From: Burkholderiaceae bacterium
GTDB taxonomy: Bacteria; Pseudomonadota; Gammaproteobacteria; Burkholderiales; Burkholderiaceae_F
NCBI GenBank assembly: GCA_017461315.1
Contig: JAFTYR010000004.1
Location: forward strand, 5,397-69,396
Length of the DNA: 64,000 nt
Direction: 5' to 3'
A program made the translations under genes and the position numbers. Below are positions 1 through 9,984 of this stretch, one piece after another; the first letter of the stretch is position 1, and every line of letters starts with the position of its first letter. A model generated the notes under the pieces. It was given only the letters and a program-made list of their open reading frames with translations. It was not told where the DNA came from and did not search any database.

Positions 1-589
1 CATTTTTCCCCTCGAAGATCCAGAAGTTTCAAGAAAACTCATTATTGGAACGAATCGACCGGATCTTCGTTTGGTGATCGTACGAGCTAGTGACGTACCG
101 ACTTATGTGCAGTACGGAGCGGCGGATCTTGGTGTTGTCGGGAAGGACTCTCTTTACGAACATGGTGGTGCAGGACTTTACATTCCTGTAGACCTTGGCA
201 TTGCCAAGTGTCGTATGTGTGTAGCCTGTCCAAAAGGATTCGATTACCACAATAAGGTTAAAAGAGGGGCTCGATTACGCATTGCCACCAAATACATGAA
301 GTATTCAAGAGACTATTTTGCTCGTATTGGTGTTCATGTTGATTTAATTAAGTTGTATGGTTCGATGGAATTAGCTCCAATTGCCGGTTTGTCGGATGCC
401 ATTGTGGACTTAGTAAGTAGTGGAAAAACTTTAAAGGCAAACGGTTTAGTTGAGGTCGAAGAAATCGATAGAATTTCATCAAGACTCATTGTGGGTCAAG
501 CTGCAATGAAACTGAAACGTCAGGAATTACTTCCAATTATTGATGTATTTGAAAAAACAGCACAGGAAAATGCGACTAACCTTGAGTAG
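1..589 (+). CDS. hisG: ATP phosphoribosyltransferase, short (HisGS) form; 5' end lies outside the window
   Basis: The frame is open from base 2 ([49 protein letters not shown]...). It is HisG-like throughout and ends soon after [13 protein letters not shown], so there is no C-terminal regulatory domain. It heads a his operon. Confidence 0.9.
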   Translation, partial: IFPLEDPEVSRKLIIGTNRPDLRLVIVRASDVPTYVQYGAADLGVVGKDSLYEHGGAGLYIPVDLGIAKCRMCVACPKGFDYHNKVKRGARLRIATKYMKYSRDYFARIGVHVDLIKLYGSMELAPIAGLSDAIVDLVSSGKTLKANGLVEVEEIDRISSRLIVGQAAMKLKRQELLPIIDVFEKTAQENATNLE

Positions 590-607
590 TACAAAGGAAT
601 AATCAAA

Positions 608-1912
608 ATGGTAAGAATTTTAAATACGCTAGATGCAGGTTTTGAAGAAAAATTCGACAGCTTAGTCGCCCAAGACAGTTCTGTAGATCCTGAAATTACA
701 AGACGTGCTGAAGCAATTGTATTAGACGTTCGTGAACGAGGCGATGAAGCCGTTTTGGAGTATACAAATCGCTTTGACCGTATGAATGCTCAGTCTGTAG
801 CAGAGTTAAAGATTACAGAAGACCAGTTGCGTGAGGCTTTGGAAACACTACCAGAGGATCAGAAGGTTGCCTTGCAGGAAGCTGCGGACCGTGTACGTGC
901 TTTTCACGAACATGAAATTGGTCAAAGTTGGACGATTACAGAAAAGGACGGTACAGAATTAGGTATTCGTTATACCCCATTGGATTCTGTAGGTCTGTAT
1001 GTTCCAGGTGGCAAGGCTGCATATCCTTCATCCGTGTTGATGAATGCAATGCCAGCACACGTTGCTGGTGTTAAGAAAATTGTTATGGTGGTACCAACTC
1101 CGGGCGGAGAACCAAATCAGTTGGTTTTAGCCGCGGCTTGTTTAGCGGGCGTCTCTGAGTGTTATACCATTGGTGGAGCCCAGGCTGTCGCCGCTCTGGC
1201 CTACGGTACTGAAACTATTCCAGCTGTTGATAAGATTGTCGGACCAGGTAATGCTTATGTGGCAGCGGCTAAGCGCTACGTTTTCGGTAAAGTCGGTATC
1301 GACATGATTGCTGGTCCATCTGAAATTTTGGTTATTTGTGATGGTAAGACCAACCCAGATTGGATTGCTATGGACTTGTTTAGCCAGGCTGAACACGATG
1401 AATTGGCTCAGGCTATTTTGTTAACGCCAGATGAGGCTTTTGCAAAGAAGGTTGAAGAGTCGATTGCCCGTCAGATGCCTAATTGCGAACGTAAGGCCAT
1501 CATTGAAGAAAGCTTAAAGAATCGTGGTGCCTTAATCGTTACTAAATCTGTAGAAGAAGCTTGTGAAATTGCTAATCGCATTGCTCCGGAACATCTTGAA
1601 TTATCTGTTGAAGATCCAGATCGTTACGTCGATTTAATCCGTCACGCAGGTGCTATGTTCCTTGGTGCTTATACCTGCGAAGCTTTGGGAGACTACTGTG
1701 CAGGCCCAAATCATGTTCTTCCGACTTCACGTACCGCTCGCTTTTCTTCACCGTTAGGTGTTTGGGACTTCCAAAAGCGCACCAGTATTTTGAAGGTTTC
1801 GAAGCAGGGCGCTGCTCACTTAGGACGCATTGCCGATGTATTGGCTCGTGGTGAATATCTGACATGCCATGCAGGTAGTGCCATGTATCGTGTAAACGAC
1901 TTAGAAAAGTAA
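608..1912 (+). CDS. hisD: histidinol dehydrogenase
   Basis: 434-aa ORF with HisD-like blocks ([23 protein letters not shown]), directly after hisG. Confidence 0.95.
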   Translation: MVRILNTLDAGFEEKFDSLVAQDSSVDPEITRRAEAIVLDVRERGDEAVLEYTNRFDRMNAQSVAELKITEDQLREALETLPEDQKVALQEAADRVRAFHEHEIGQSWTITEKDGTELGIRYTPLDSVGLYVPGGKAAYPSSVLMNAMPAHVAGVKKIVMVVPTPGGEPNQLVLAAACLAGVSECYTIGGAQAVAALAYGTETIPAVDKIVGPGNAYVAAAKRYVFGKVGIDMIAGPSEILVICDGKTNPDWIAMDLFSQAEHDELAQAILLTPDEAFAKKVEESIARQMPNCERKAIIEESLKNRGALIVTKSVEEACEIANRIAPEHLELSVEDPDRYVDLIRHAGAMFLGAYTCEALGDYCAGPNHVLPTSRTARFSSPLGVWDFQKRTSILKVSKQGAAHLGRIADVLARGEYLTCHAGSAMYRVNDLEK

Positions 1913-1929
1913 TCCGTAAAGGTGATTGG

Positions 1930-2520
1930 ATGCAACGAATCGCACATATTTCTCGCCAAACCAATGAAACACGTATTGAAGTTTCGGTTAATTTGGATGG
2001 AACCGGGCAAAGTGAAATTAAGTCAGGAATTGGTTTTTTGGATCATATGCTGACTCAGATTTCTCGTCATGGTTTGATCGATTTAACTGTATCTTGCCAA
2101 GGTGATTTAGAAGTAGATGGTCATCATACGGTAGAAGATATCGGTATTGCATTAGGACAATGCGTCTTTAATGCCGTAGGGGATAAACGAGGCATTGTGC
2201 GTTATGGTGCTAGTTGTGTTCCGTTAGATGAAGCGCTTTCAAGAACAGTGATTGATTTTTCAGGTCGCTCCCACCTTGAGTTTCATGCAGACTTTACGGC
2301 TCCTATGATTGGTGAATTAGACACTCAACTGGTTAGAGAGTTTTTTGAGGCCTTTACTAGCAATGCTCGTGTAACACTGCACATTGATAATTTACGCGGT
2401 GTTAACGCACATCATCAGTGTGAAAGTATTTTTAAATCATTTGGTCGCGCACTTAGAATGGCTTTAGAAATGGATGAACGGATGAGTGGAATCGTTCCAT
2501 CTACAAAAGGGGTTTTATGA
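1930..2520 (+). CDS. hisB: imidazoleglycerol-phosphate dehydratase
   Basis: 196 aa with IGPD motifs ([25 protein letters not shown]). Monofunctional length. Confidence 0.95.
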   Translation: MQRIAHISRQTNETRIEVSVNLDGTGQSEIKSGIGFLDHMLTQISRHGLIDLTVSCQGDLEVDGHHTVEDIGIALGQCVFNAVGDKRGIVRYGASCVPLDEALSRTVIDFSGRSHLEFHADFTAPMIGELDTQLVREFFEAFTSNARVTLHIDNLRGVNAHHQCESIFKSFGRALRMALEMDERMSGIVPSTKGVL

Positions 2521-3152
2521 AAATTGCCATTATTGATTACGGATCCGGGAATTTGCGTTCCGTCAGTAAGGCTGTGGAGAAAGTAGCAGAAGGAACTGCG
2601 CAGGTTATAGTGACTTCTGATCCCGAAGTTGTGTATTCCGCAGATCGAGTGGTTTTTCCGGGACAAGGAGCAATGCCGGATTGTATGGCTCACCTCAGAA
2701 TGCATGGTTTAGAAGAAGCGGTACGTGACAGTATTGCCAATAAACCTTTCTTTGCTGTTTGCATCGGAGAGCAAATGCTGTTTGAACATAGTGAAGAAGG
2801 TAATGTAGAGGGATTAGGAATTTTTCCAGGAAGCGTGGTGCGTTTTCCGAATGATATGCATGATAGTTTGGGTGAGCGATTAAAAGTTCCTCAGATGGGA
2901 TGGAATCGTGTTAAACAAACCATGAATCACCCGATATGGGCTGGAGTACCCAATAATAGTTGGTACTATTTTGTGCATAGCTACTATGCTAAGCCGGAAA
3001 ACGAATCTATTGTTGCTGGTGTAACCGAATATGGAATTCCGGTTACGGTTGCTGTTGCAAAAGACAACGTGTTTGCGGCGCAATTTCATCCAGAAAAGAG
3101 TGCTGCAATGGGATTGCAGCTTTATAAGAATTTTTTGACTTGGAGGCCTTAA
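2517..3152 (+). CDS. hisH: imidazole glycerol phosphate synthase, glutamine amidotransferase subunit
   Basis: 211 aa starting [14 protein letters not shown], with a catalytic Cys block AVCIGEQ and [11 protein letters not shown] overlap with hisB. Confidence 0.95.
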   Translation: MKIAIIDYGSGNLRSVSKAVEKVAEGTAQVIVTSDPEVVYSADRVVFPGQGAMPDCMAHLRMHGLEEAVRDSIANKPFFAVCIGEQMLFEHSEEGNVEGLGIFPGSVVRFPNDMHDSLGERLKVPQMGWNRVKQTMNHPIWAGVPNNSWYYFVHSYYAKPENESIVAGVTEYGIPVTVAVAKDNVFAAQFHPEKSAAMGLQLYKNFLTWRP

Positions 3153-3179
3153 AGGTTTTCTCCTTTATCGTTACAAATT

Positions 3180-3929
3180 ATGTTACTGATACCCGCAATC
3201 GATATCAAAGATGGTAAGTGTGTTCGTCTTCGCCAAGGCGATTTAAATTCTAATATTTCCGTCTTTAATGATGATCCTGTAGCTCAAGCACGACATTGGG
3301 TTGAACTCGGTGCAGAAAGATTGCATTTAGTTGATCTTGACGGTGCTAAGAGCGGAAAGCCTGTAAATCTTCCAGTGATTCGTAAAATTGTGAATGAATT
3401 CTCAAACGATGTGGAATTTGAAGTAGGCGGTGGCATGCGTACCTTAGAGCGCATCGGTGATGTCCTTGATCTCGGTGTTGACTATGTTGTGATTGGTACC
3501 GCAGCGGTGAAAGCCCCAGGCTTTTTGCACGATGCTTGTTCTAACTATGGTGGAAGCATTATCGTGTCTCTGGATGCTAAAGACGGCATGGTGATGACAG
3601 ACGCTTGGACTAAGAATACAGGCCACAAGGCCATTGATTTGGCTCGTAAATTTGAAGGCTATGGTGTTGATGCAATCCTTTATACCGATATTAGTCGTGA
3701 TGGTATGTTAACGGGGTGTAATGTCGATGCAACGGCTGAATTGGCTCGAGAAGTTAATATTCCAGTGATTGCGTCCGGTGGTATTCGTGATATTGAAGAT
3801 ATTCGTAAGTTGCTTGAAGTAGAAGACGATGGTGTTGAAATGGCTATCTTAGGTCGCTCTCTTTATGAAGGAACCTTGGATTTCACAGAAGCTTTAGAAC
3901 TGGTGAATTCTTTCGATAGTGAGGAATGA
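3180..3929 (+). CDS. hisA: ProFAR isomerase
   Basis: 249 aa. [16 protein letters not shown]-terminus and (beta/alpha)8 HisA-like sequence. Confidence 0.95.
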   Translation: MLLIPAIDIKDGKCVRLRQGDLNSNISVFNDDPVAQARHWVELGAERLHLVDLDGAKSGKPVNLPVIRKIVNEFSNDVEFEVGGGMRTLERIGDVLDLGVDYVVIGTAAVKAPGFLHDACSNYGGSIIVSLDAKDGMVMTDAWTKNTGHKAIDLARKFEGYGVDAILYTDISRDGMLTGCNVDATAELAREVNIPVIASGGIRDIEDIRKLLEVEDDGVEMAILGRSLYEGTLDFTEALELVNSFDSEE

Positions 3930-3932
3930 GGC

Positions 3933-4694
3933 ATGCTGGCACGTCGCATAATCCCATGTCTTGATGTCACAGCAGGACGAGTTGTCAAAGGAACCAACTT
4001 TGTCGAATTGCGTGATGCGGGAGATCCGGTCGAAATTGCTCGTCGATACGATGAACATAATGCAGACGAACTTACCTTCCTTGATATTACAGCCAGTTCC
4101 GATGGTCGGGATATGATTTTGAAGGTCATTGAAGATGTGGCTTCTCAAGTATTTATTCCATTAACTGTCGGTGGTGGTGTTCGTAAAGTTGAAGATGTGA
4201 GACGATTGCTGAATGCTGGCGCAGACAAGATTTCGATTAATACGGCGGGAGTTTTAAATCCAGATTTGATTGGCGAATCTTGTGCTGTTTACGGTAGCCA
4301 ATGTATCGTGGTTGCAATTGATGCGAAATCTCGTGGAGATGGAACTTGGGAGGTTTATACCCATGGTGGGCGTCGTGCTACCGGTATTGATGCGTTACAT
4401 TGGGCTCGCAAAGTTCAAGAGTTAGGTGCCGGAGAAATCTTGTTGACGAGCATGGATTGTGATGGCGTTAAAAATGGTTTTGATCTGGAACTAACTCGTA
4501 CGATCAGCGATGCTGTGAATATCCCTGTTATTGCATCTGGTGGCGTTGGAAACCTTCAACATTTAGTTGATGGTGTGAAGATTGGACATGCGGATGCGGT
4601 CTTGGCAGCGTCTATTTTCCATTTTGGTGAATACACCATTCGCCAAGCGAAAGAATATATGCGAGATGCAGGTATTCCTGTGCGATTGGATTAA
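3933..4694 (+). CDS. hisF: imidazole glycerol phosphate synthase, cyclase subunit
   Basis: 253 aa. RIIPCLDV...VVKG and SGGVG blocks typical of HisF. Confidence 0.95.
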   Translation: MLARRIIPCLDVTAGRVVKGTNFVELRDAGDPVEIARRYDEHNADELTFLDITASSDGRDMILKVIEDVASQVFIPLTVGGGVRKVEDVRRLLNAGADKISINTAGVLNPDLIGESCAVYGSQCIVVAIDAKSRGDGTWEVYTHGGRRATGIDALHWARKVQELGAGEILLTSMDCDGVKNGFDLELTRTISDAVNIPVIASGGVGNLQHLVDGVKIGHADAVLAASIFHFGEYTIRQAKEYMRDAGIPVRLD

Positions 4695-4699
4695 TAGAG

Positions 4700-5089
4700 A
4701 TGGATGCGATTATTAAAGAAGTTAAATTTAATGATGATGGTCTAGTCCCAGTTATTGCTCAAGATGCAACCGATGGTCGTGTTTTGATGCTGGCCTGGGC
4801 TAATCAGGAAGCTTTAGAAGAAACCATTCAAACAGGATACGGTACTTATTTTTCCCGTTCTCGACAAAAATTGTGGAGAAAGGGAGAAGAAAGTGGTAAT
4901 AGACAGAAAATCAGTTCGATTCAATTAGATTGCGATGGTGATGCTATTTTGTATTTAGTTGAACAAATCGGGGGTATTGCCTGCCATACTGGAAGAAAGA
5001 GCTGTTTTTACCGAATTCTCAAAGATGGACGCTGGGTTGTAAATGAGGCAATTATTCGCAATCCTGAAGATATGTATCGTCATTCCTAG
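4700..5089 (+). CDS. hisI: phosphoribosyl-AMP cyclohydrolase
   Basis: 129 aa. AWANQEAL and CHTGRKSCF blocks. Confidence 0.93.
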   Translation: MDAIIKEVKFNDDGLVPVIAQDATDGRVLMLAWANQEALEETIQTGYGTYFSRSRQKLWRKGEESGNRQKISSIQLDCDGDAILYLVEQIGGIACHTGRKSCFYRILKDGRWVVNEAIIRNPEDMYRHS

Positions 5090-5101
5090 GAATATGGCAA
5101 T

Positions 5102-5428
5102 ATGGATAGAATTTCTGTTTTAAGTGAAATCGCTGATGTGATTGATTCCCGTAAGGGGGCGGATCCACAGACATCATATGTAGCAAAACTTTTTTCAAAG
5201 GCTCCGGACGCTGCGTTAAAAAAAGTGGGCGAGGAAGCTACTGAAGTCGTGATGGCGGCAAAGGACGGAGACAAGGATCACTTAATTTATGAAGTAGCAG
5301 ATCTTTGGTTTCATTCTATGGTTGTTCTGGCTCAGGCCGGTCTTAGACCTGAAATGGTAGTCGCCGAATTGGCTCGACGAGAAGGTGTTTCTGGACTTGT
5401 TGAAAAGGCGAATCGGGCTGAGAAGTAA
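5102..5428 (+). CDS. hisE: phosphoribosyl-ATP pyrophosphatase
   Basis: 108 aa, MazG-type helical protein ([15 protein letters not shown]), in the last position of the his operon. Confidence 0.92.
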   Translation: MDRISVLSEIADVIDSRKGADPQTSYVAKLFSKAPDAALKKVGEEATEVVMAAKDGDKDHLIYEVADLWFHSMVVLAQAGLRPEMVVAELARREGVSGLVEKANRAEK

Positions 5429-5506
5429 GAATTTGTTTATAAAATTTGAATTTATTTCGAAGCTTTTTTAAGATTTGTAGGTTGGTGTGCCTAAATAGGA
5501 GAGAAT

Positions 5507-5851
5507 ATGCAGAAAGAGGATTGTATTTTTTGCAAAATTGCACGCAAGGAAATTCCTTCGAAGCAAGTTTATGAAGACGAAGATGTGATCGCTTTTAAGG
5601 ATATTAATCCTGCAGCTCCTGTGCACTTATTGATCATTCCGAAACAACACTATGATTCGCTCGCTACCATGGGTGAAACAGAGATTCCGCTTTTGGGTAA
5701 AATGTTGGCTTTGGCCCCTGTTTTAGCAAAGGAAGCGGGCGCTACGAATGGTTTTCGCGTGGTGATTAATACAGGTCACGATAGCGGACAAGAAGTAAAT
5801 CATATTCACGTACATGTTTTGGGCGGTGCTCGCCCATGGAAAAAACTCTAG
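5507..5851 (+). CDS. HIT-family (histidine triad) nucleotide hydrolase
   Basis: 114 aa with the histidine triad HIHVHVLGG and a CIFCKI N-terminus. Confidence 0.9.
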   Translation: MQKEDCIFCKIARKEIPSKQVYEDEDVIAFKDINPAAPVHLLIIPKQHYDSLATMGETEIPLLGKMLALAPVLAKEAGATNGFRVVINTGHDSGQEVNHIHVHVLGGARPWKKL

Positions 5852-5860
5852 GAGTTCATA

Positions 5861-6076
5861 ATGGGATCATTCTCCATTTGGCATTGGTTGGTTGTTCTGG
5901 TAATTGTTGTTCTTGTTTTTGGTACCAGTAAGCTTAAGAACATGGGTAAAGACTTGGGTGGTGCTGTAAAGGGCTTCAAGGAAGGTATGAGAGAAGCCAC
6001 GGACGAACCTAAGGCGATCAACGCTACGAAATCTGAAGCAGTTGATGCTGAAGAAAAAGAGAAGAAGAACGCATAA
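5861..6076 (+). CDS. tatA: twin-arginine translocase subunit TatA
   Basis: 71 aa. N-terminal TM segment followed by [21 protein letters not shown]. Confidence 0.93.
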   Translation: MGSFSIWHWLVVLVIVVLVFGTSKLKNMGKDLGGAVKGFKEGMREATDEPKAINATKSEAVDAEEKEKKNA

Positions 6077-6086
6077 CGGATAGCCT

Positions 6087-6758
6087 ATGCTTGATCTTAG
6101 CATGGGGGAAATTGGGCTTATTGCTGTGGTAGCCCTGGTTGTCCTCGGTCCAGATAAGTTACCTGCAGTGGCTAAAACTGCAGGGACACTCATGGGTAAG
6201 GCTCAACGGTTCGTTTCTCAAGTTAAAAATGATATTGACCGAGAGGTTGAGTTATCTGAATTGAAGAAAATTCAAGAAGATGCTCGTCGCATGGCGGCTA
6301 ATATCGAAAATGACTTGAAAACAACTCAGAATGAGCTTCAAAAAGACGTTGATTCAATGAATCAGAGTCTTAAACAAATCGGTTCTGAGGTTAAGTCAGA
6401 GATCGATTATGTTTCCAATGACCTTAGAGATTCATGGGTAACGAGTACAGCGCCCAAATCCAATCCATCGGACTCAACTCAGTCGGTAGAAAAAAATAAA
6501 GTATCTACAGAGTGGGATGATGAGGTAAGTACGATTGATACACAAGAAATCGATGATACTTATGGTTGGCCAGAAGACGCATCGCAGGATAAGGCTCAGC
6601 GAGTTGGAAAACGGTCTGTGTCGAGTCCAACGGTGGAAGATTTGATGCGAGAGATCGAGATGCTCCGTGCTGAGTTGGGTAAACAGGCTTTGCCTCAAAG
6701 ACGAGGAAGTACGTTTGCTCGTGGTAGTCGTATTAACCGAACACGTATTACTCGGTAA
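6087..6758 (+). CDS. tatB: twin-arginine translocase subunit TatB
   Basis: 223 aa. TatA/B-type N-terminus GEIGLIAVVALVVLGPDKLP with a long acidic/Ser-rich tail. Lies between tatA and tatC. Confidence 0.88.
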   Translation: MLDLSMGEIGLIAVVALVVLGPDKLPAVAKTAGTLMGKAQRFVSQVKNDIDREVELSELKKIQEDARRMAANIENDLKTTQNELQKDVDSMNQSLKQIGSEVKSEIDYVSNDLRDSWVTSTAPKSNPSDSTQSVEKNKVSTEWDDEVSTIDTQEIDDTYGWPEDASQDKAQRVGKRSVSSPTVEDLMREIEMLRAELGKQALPQRRGSTFARGSRINRTRITR

Positions 6759-6764
6759 GAAATT

Positions 6765-7535
6765 ATGGATCCAAAGCAAATCGAATACGATGGTCCTGAA
6801 GACGATAAGGAACAGACGCTCGTTGCACATCTGGTTGAATTGCGTTCAAGATTGGTTCGATCCTGTGCGTCAGTACTGCTGGTGTTTGTTTGCTTGTCTC
6901 CATTCATGAAGCAGATATTTGATTATCTGAGTCAGCCTTTAATGGTAGCCTTACCTCAAGGCGCTAAACTATTAGCAATTGGAGTCATTGCACCCTTTAT
7001 GGTGCCATTAAAGGTGACTCTTTTTGTTGCTTTTTGTATTGCTCTTCCTTATGTGTTGTATCAGTTGTGGGCTTTTATTGCCCCGGGACTGTACCGTAAG
7101 GAAAAGCGTTTAGCCATTCCGATTATTGTTTCAAGTTTGCTGATGTTCTTCGTTGGCATGCTGTACTGTTATTTCGTCGTTTTTCGGATGGTGTTTCAGT
7201 TTATTGCTGGTTTTTCTCCAGAATCGGTTAACTTTGCACCAGACATTGATTCCTATTTCAGTTTTGTATTAGCGCTGTTTTTAGCGTTTGGATTAACTTT
7301 TGAAGTTCCGATTATTGTGGTGGTCCTAAATCGAATGGGGATTACTACAGTAGAAAAACTCAAAAAGGCTCGTCCTTATATGATTGTCGGTGCCTTCATA
7401 TTGGCAGCCATCGTGACACCTCCAGATGTACTTTCGCAACTCCTTCTGGCTTTACCTCTTGTCATACTGTACCAAGTCGGGATATGGTTATGTTCAGTAT
7501 TTGGGGTGTCGAAAAATTTAGATAGTAATGAGTAA
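6765..7535 (+). CDS. tatC: twin-arginine translocase subunit TatC
   Basis: 256-aa polytopic membrane protein (LVAHLVELRSRL...), TatC-like, at the third position of the tat operon. Confidence 0.93.
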   Translation: MDPKQIEYDGPEDDKEQTLVAHLVELRSRLVRSCASVLLVFVCLSPFMKQIFDYLSQPLMVALPQGAKLLAIGVIAPFMVPLKVTLFVAFCIALPYVLYQLWAFIAPGLYRKEKRLAIPIIVSSLLMFFVGMLYCYFVVFRMVFQFIAGFSPESVNFAPDIDSYFSFVLALFLAFGLTFEVPIIVVVLNRMGITTVEKLKKARPYMIVGAFILAAIVTPPDVLSQLLLALPLVILYQVGIWLCSVFGVSKNLDSNE

Positions 7536-7541
7536 CTTAAT

Positions 7542-7576
7542 ACCCCACTTCTGTGTTTAGTGGGGTTAACTTTTTT
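7542..7576 (+). terminator. intrinsic terminator after tatC
   Basis: 8-bp stem ACCCCACT/AGTGGGGT (7542-7549 / 7559-7566), 9-nt loop, then TAACTTTTTT. Confidence 0.75.
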
Positions 7577-7580
7577 ACGT

Positions 7581-8273
7581 ATGAAAGAAAATCAACCTTT
7601 TACAAAAAAAGATCTTGAAACGGCAAAGGTGAGTCTTCTTAGAGACGGACGCTGGGGCAATGCTTGTGTTTCCGTGGCTGAGATTGGAGGTAGGCGCTGG
7701 ACGATTAAAGACTTTTCGACAAGACATTGGTTGGTTCGAAATACTTTTGCACGATTTGTTTTAAGACGCGAATTAAAAGCGGTTAGAAAGCTAAAGGGCA
7801 TGAAAAGTGGTGTTCCTCAGGAAGCGTTTATGCTGGACGCTTGTACACTTGCCGTTGAATATGTCCCAGGTCGAGTTCTATCTCGTGTCCCTAAAGAAGA
7901 AATTACGCCCGAATTTTTGCGTCAATGTGAAGATTTAATTCATGAACTTCACAGCCGTGATTTGGTGCATCTAGATACACGAGGTACAGGCAATTGGGTA
8001 ATGAGACCAGATGGCACACCGGGCTTAATTGATTTTCAAGCAAGTGTTCATACCTCTGGTTTACCTAAAAAACTCCGATCTTTTATGGAAGATATGGATA
8101 TCGGCGGAGTTTACAAAAAATGGGCAAAGTTCTGTCCAGAAGCTATGGACAAAGAGCGTCAAGCTGAATATGACCGCATTAATAAACTTCGCAAACTTTG
8201 GGTGGTTCGGGGTTATTTCGGTATCAAGAAAAAACATACGAAGCACATCCATGGCAAAGATATCGTAGATTAA
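7581..8273 (+). CDS. protein-kinase-like fold protein (LPS-kinase/RIO-like family), function unknown
   Basis: WTIKDF (beta3 Lys), RRELKAVRKL (alphaC Glu), HSRDLVHLDTRGTGNWV (HxD..N catalytic loop) and LIDFQ (metal-binding Asp). I take ATG 7581 as the start because the upstream GTG 7560 lies inside the terminator stem. Confidence 0.6.
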   Translation: MKENQPFTKKDLETAKVSLLRDGRWGNACVSVAEIGGRRWTIKDFSTRHWLVRNTFARFVLRRELKAVRKLKGMKSGVPQEAFMLDACTLAVEYVPGRVLSRVPKEEITPEFLRQCEDLIHELHSRDLVHLDTRGTGNWVMRPDGTPGLIDFQASVHTSGLPKKLRSFMEDMDIGGVYKKWAKFCPEAMDKERQAEYDRINKLRKLWVVRGYFGIKKKHTKHIHGKDIVD

Positions 8274-8317
8274 TTATTAATTTGTAATACAACCCTCTTT
8301 TTTACTTGGAAAATTGA

Positions 8318-9979
8318 ATGGCTCAGTACGTATATACAATGAACCGTGTCGGGAAGATTGTTCCGCCGAAACGTGAAATTCTTAAAGATATTTCTTTATC
8401 TTTTTTCCCGGGAGCAAAGATCGGTGTTCTAGGCTTAAATGGTGCTGGAAAGTCGACCCTTCTTAAAATCATGGCAGGAGTCGATACCGAGATTGAAGGC
8501 GAAGCCATTCCAATGCCGGGATTGCGTATTGGGTATTTACCTCAAGAGCCAGTGTTAGATCCGTCGAAAACGGTTAGAGAAACGGTTCAAGAAGGTTTGG
8601 GTGAAATCTTTGATGCTCAGAAGAGATTAGAAGAGGTTTACGCAGCTTATGCTGATCCGGATGCAGATTTTGATCAGTTAGCCGCGGAACAAGCCCGTCT
8701 TGAAGCCATCATTTCTGCCGGAGGCACAAATGCTGAAACTCAGATGGAAATCGCAGCAGATGCGCTTCGTCTTCCTGACTGGGATGCCATTATCGGAAAT
8801 CTCTCCGGTGGTGAAAAACGTCGTGTAGCCTTGTGTCGCTTGTTGTTGTCGAAGCCTGACATGCTTTTGTTGGATGAACCAACAAACCATTTGGATGCAG
8901 AAAGTGTCGATTGGCTTGAACAATTTTTACATCGTTTTCCAGGAACCGTTGTTGCAGTAACTCACGACCGTTACTTCTTAGACAACGCTGCGGAGTGGAT
9001 TCTTGAATTAGACCGTGGCTATGGTATTCCTTGGAAGGGTAACTATTCTTCTTGGTTGGATCAGAAAGAACAACGTCTTTTGTTAGAACAGAAGAAAGAA
9101 GACGCTCGCATTAAGGCAATGAAGCACGAATTAGAGTGGGTTCGTCAAAATGCAAAGGGGCGTCAAGCTAAAAGTAAAGCTCGTTTGAATCGCTTTGAAG
9201 AACTTTCAAGCTACGAATATCAAAAGAGAAATGAGACCAATGAAATTTTTATTCCAGTTGCTGAACGATTGGGTAACAAGGTCATTGAGTTTAAGAATGT
9301 GTCTAAGGGGTTCGGCGATCGTCTTTTGATTGACGATTTAAGTTTTACGTTGCCTCCGGGGTCTATTGTTGGTGTGATCGGACCAAATGGTGCTGGTAAG
9401 TCCACTTTATTTAAGATGATTACTGGAGTTGAGACTCCTGATAGTGGTGAAATTGATATTGGACCAACAGTACAAATCAGTTCTGTAACCCAAACTCGAG
9501 AATCTTTGCCAAACGATAAGACCGTATGGGAAGCCGTTTCAAATGGTTTAGATATTTTGAAAGTAGGTCGCTTTGAAATGCCAAGCCGAGCTTATCTTGG
9601 ACGCTTTAATTTCAAGGGTGGAGATCAGCAAAAGATTGTTGGAACTCTTTCTGGTGGTGAAAGAGGACGATTGCACATGGCCAAGACGTTGTTAAATGGT
9701 GGTAACGTTTTACTGCTGGACGAACCATCAAACGACTTAGACGTTGAAACACTTCGTGCATTAGAAGAAGCCCTCTTAGAGTTTGCGGGTTGCGCCATGG
9801 TAATTTCTCATGACCGTTGGTTCTTAGACCGTATTGCAACTCATATTCTGGCTTTTGAAGGGGATTCAAAGGTCACGTTCTTTGCTGGTAACTACACCGA
9901 ATATGAAGCTGATAAGAAGCGTCGTCTTGGTGATCAAGCCGGTCCACACCGTCTTCGTTTTAAACCATTGAAGGACTAA
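8318..9979 (+). CDS. ettA: energy-dependent translational throttle protein (ABC-F ATPase)
   Basis: 553 aa starting MAQYVYTMNRVGKIVPPKREILKDISLSFFPGAKIGVLGLNGAGKSTLL, with two ABC cassettes. Very close to the EttA N-terminus as I recall it. Confidence 0.95.
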   Translation: MAQYVYTMNRVGKIVPPKREILKDISLSFFPGAKIGVLGLNGAGKSTLLKIMAGVDTEIEGEAIPMPGLRIGYLPQEPVLDPSKTVRETVQEGLGEIFDAQKRLEEVYAAYADPDADFDQLAAEQARLEAIISAGGTNAETQMEIAADALRLPDWDAIIGNLSGGEKRRVALCRLLLSKPDMLLLDEPTNHLDAESVDWLEQFLHRFPGTVVAVTHDRYFLDNAAEWILELDRGYGIPWKGNYSSWLDQKEQRLLLEQKKEDARIKAMKHELEWVRQNAKGRQAKSKARLNRFEELSSYEYQKRNETNEIFIPVAERLGNKVIEFKNVSKGFGDRLLIDDLSFTLPPGSIVGVIGPNGAGKSTLFKMITGVETPDSGEIDIGPTVQISSVTQTRESLPNDKTVWEAVSNGLDILKVGRFEMPSRAYLGRFNFKGGDQQKIVGTLSGGERGRLHMAKTLLNGGNVLLLDEPSNDLDVETLRALEEALLEFAGCAMVISHDRWFLDRIATHILAFEGDSKVTFFAGNYTEYEADKKRRLGDQAGPHRLRFKPLKD

Positions 9980-9984
9980 TCAGA

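Noticed and set aside
7560-7580. GTG 7560 as the start of the kinase-like ORF, as listed in the ORF track.
   Set aside because: The codon lies inside the 3' arm of the tatC terminator stem and has no SD. ATG 7581 is preferred, although that start is also atypical.
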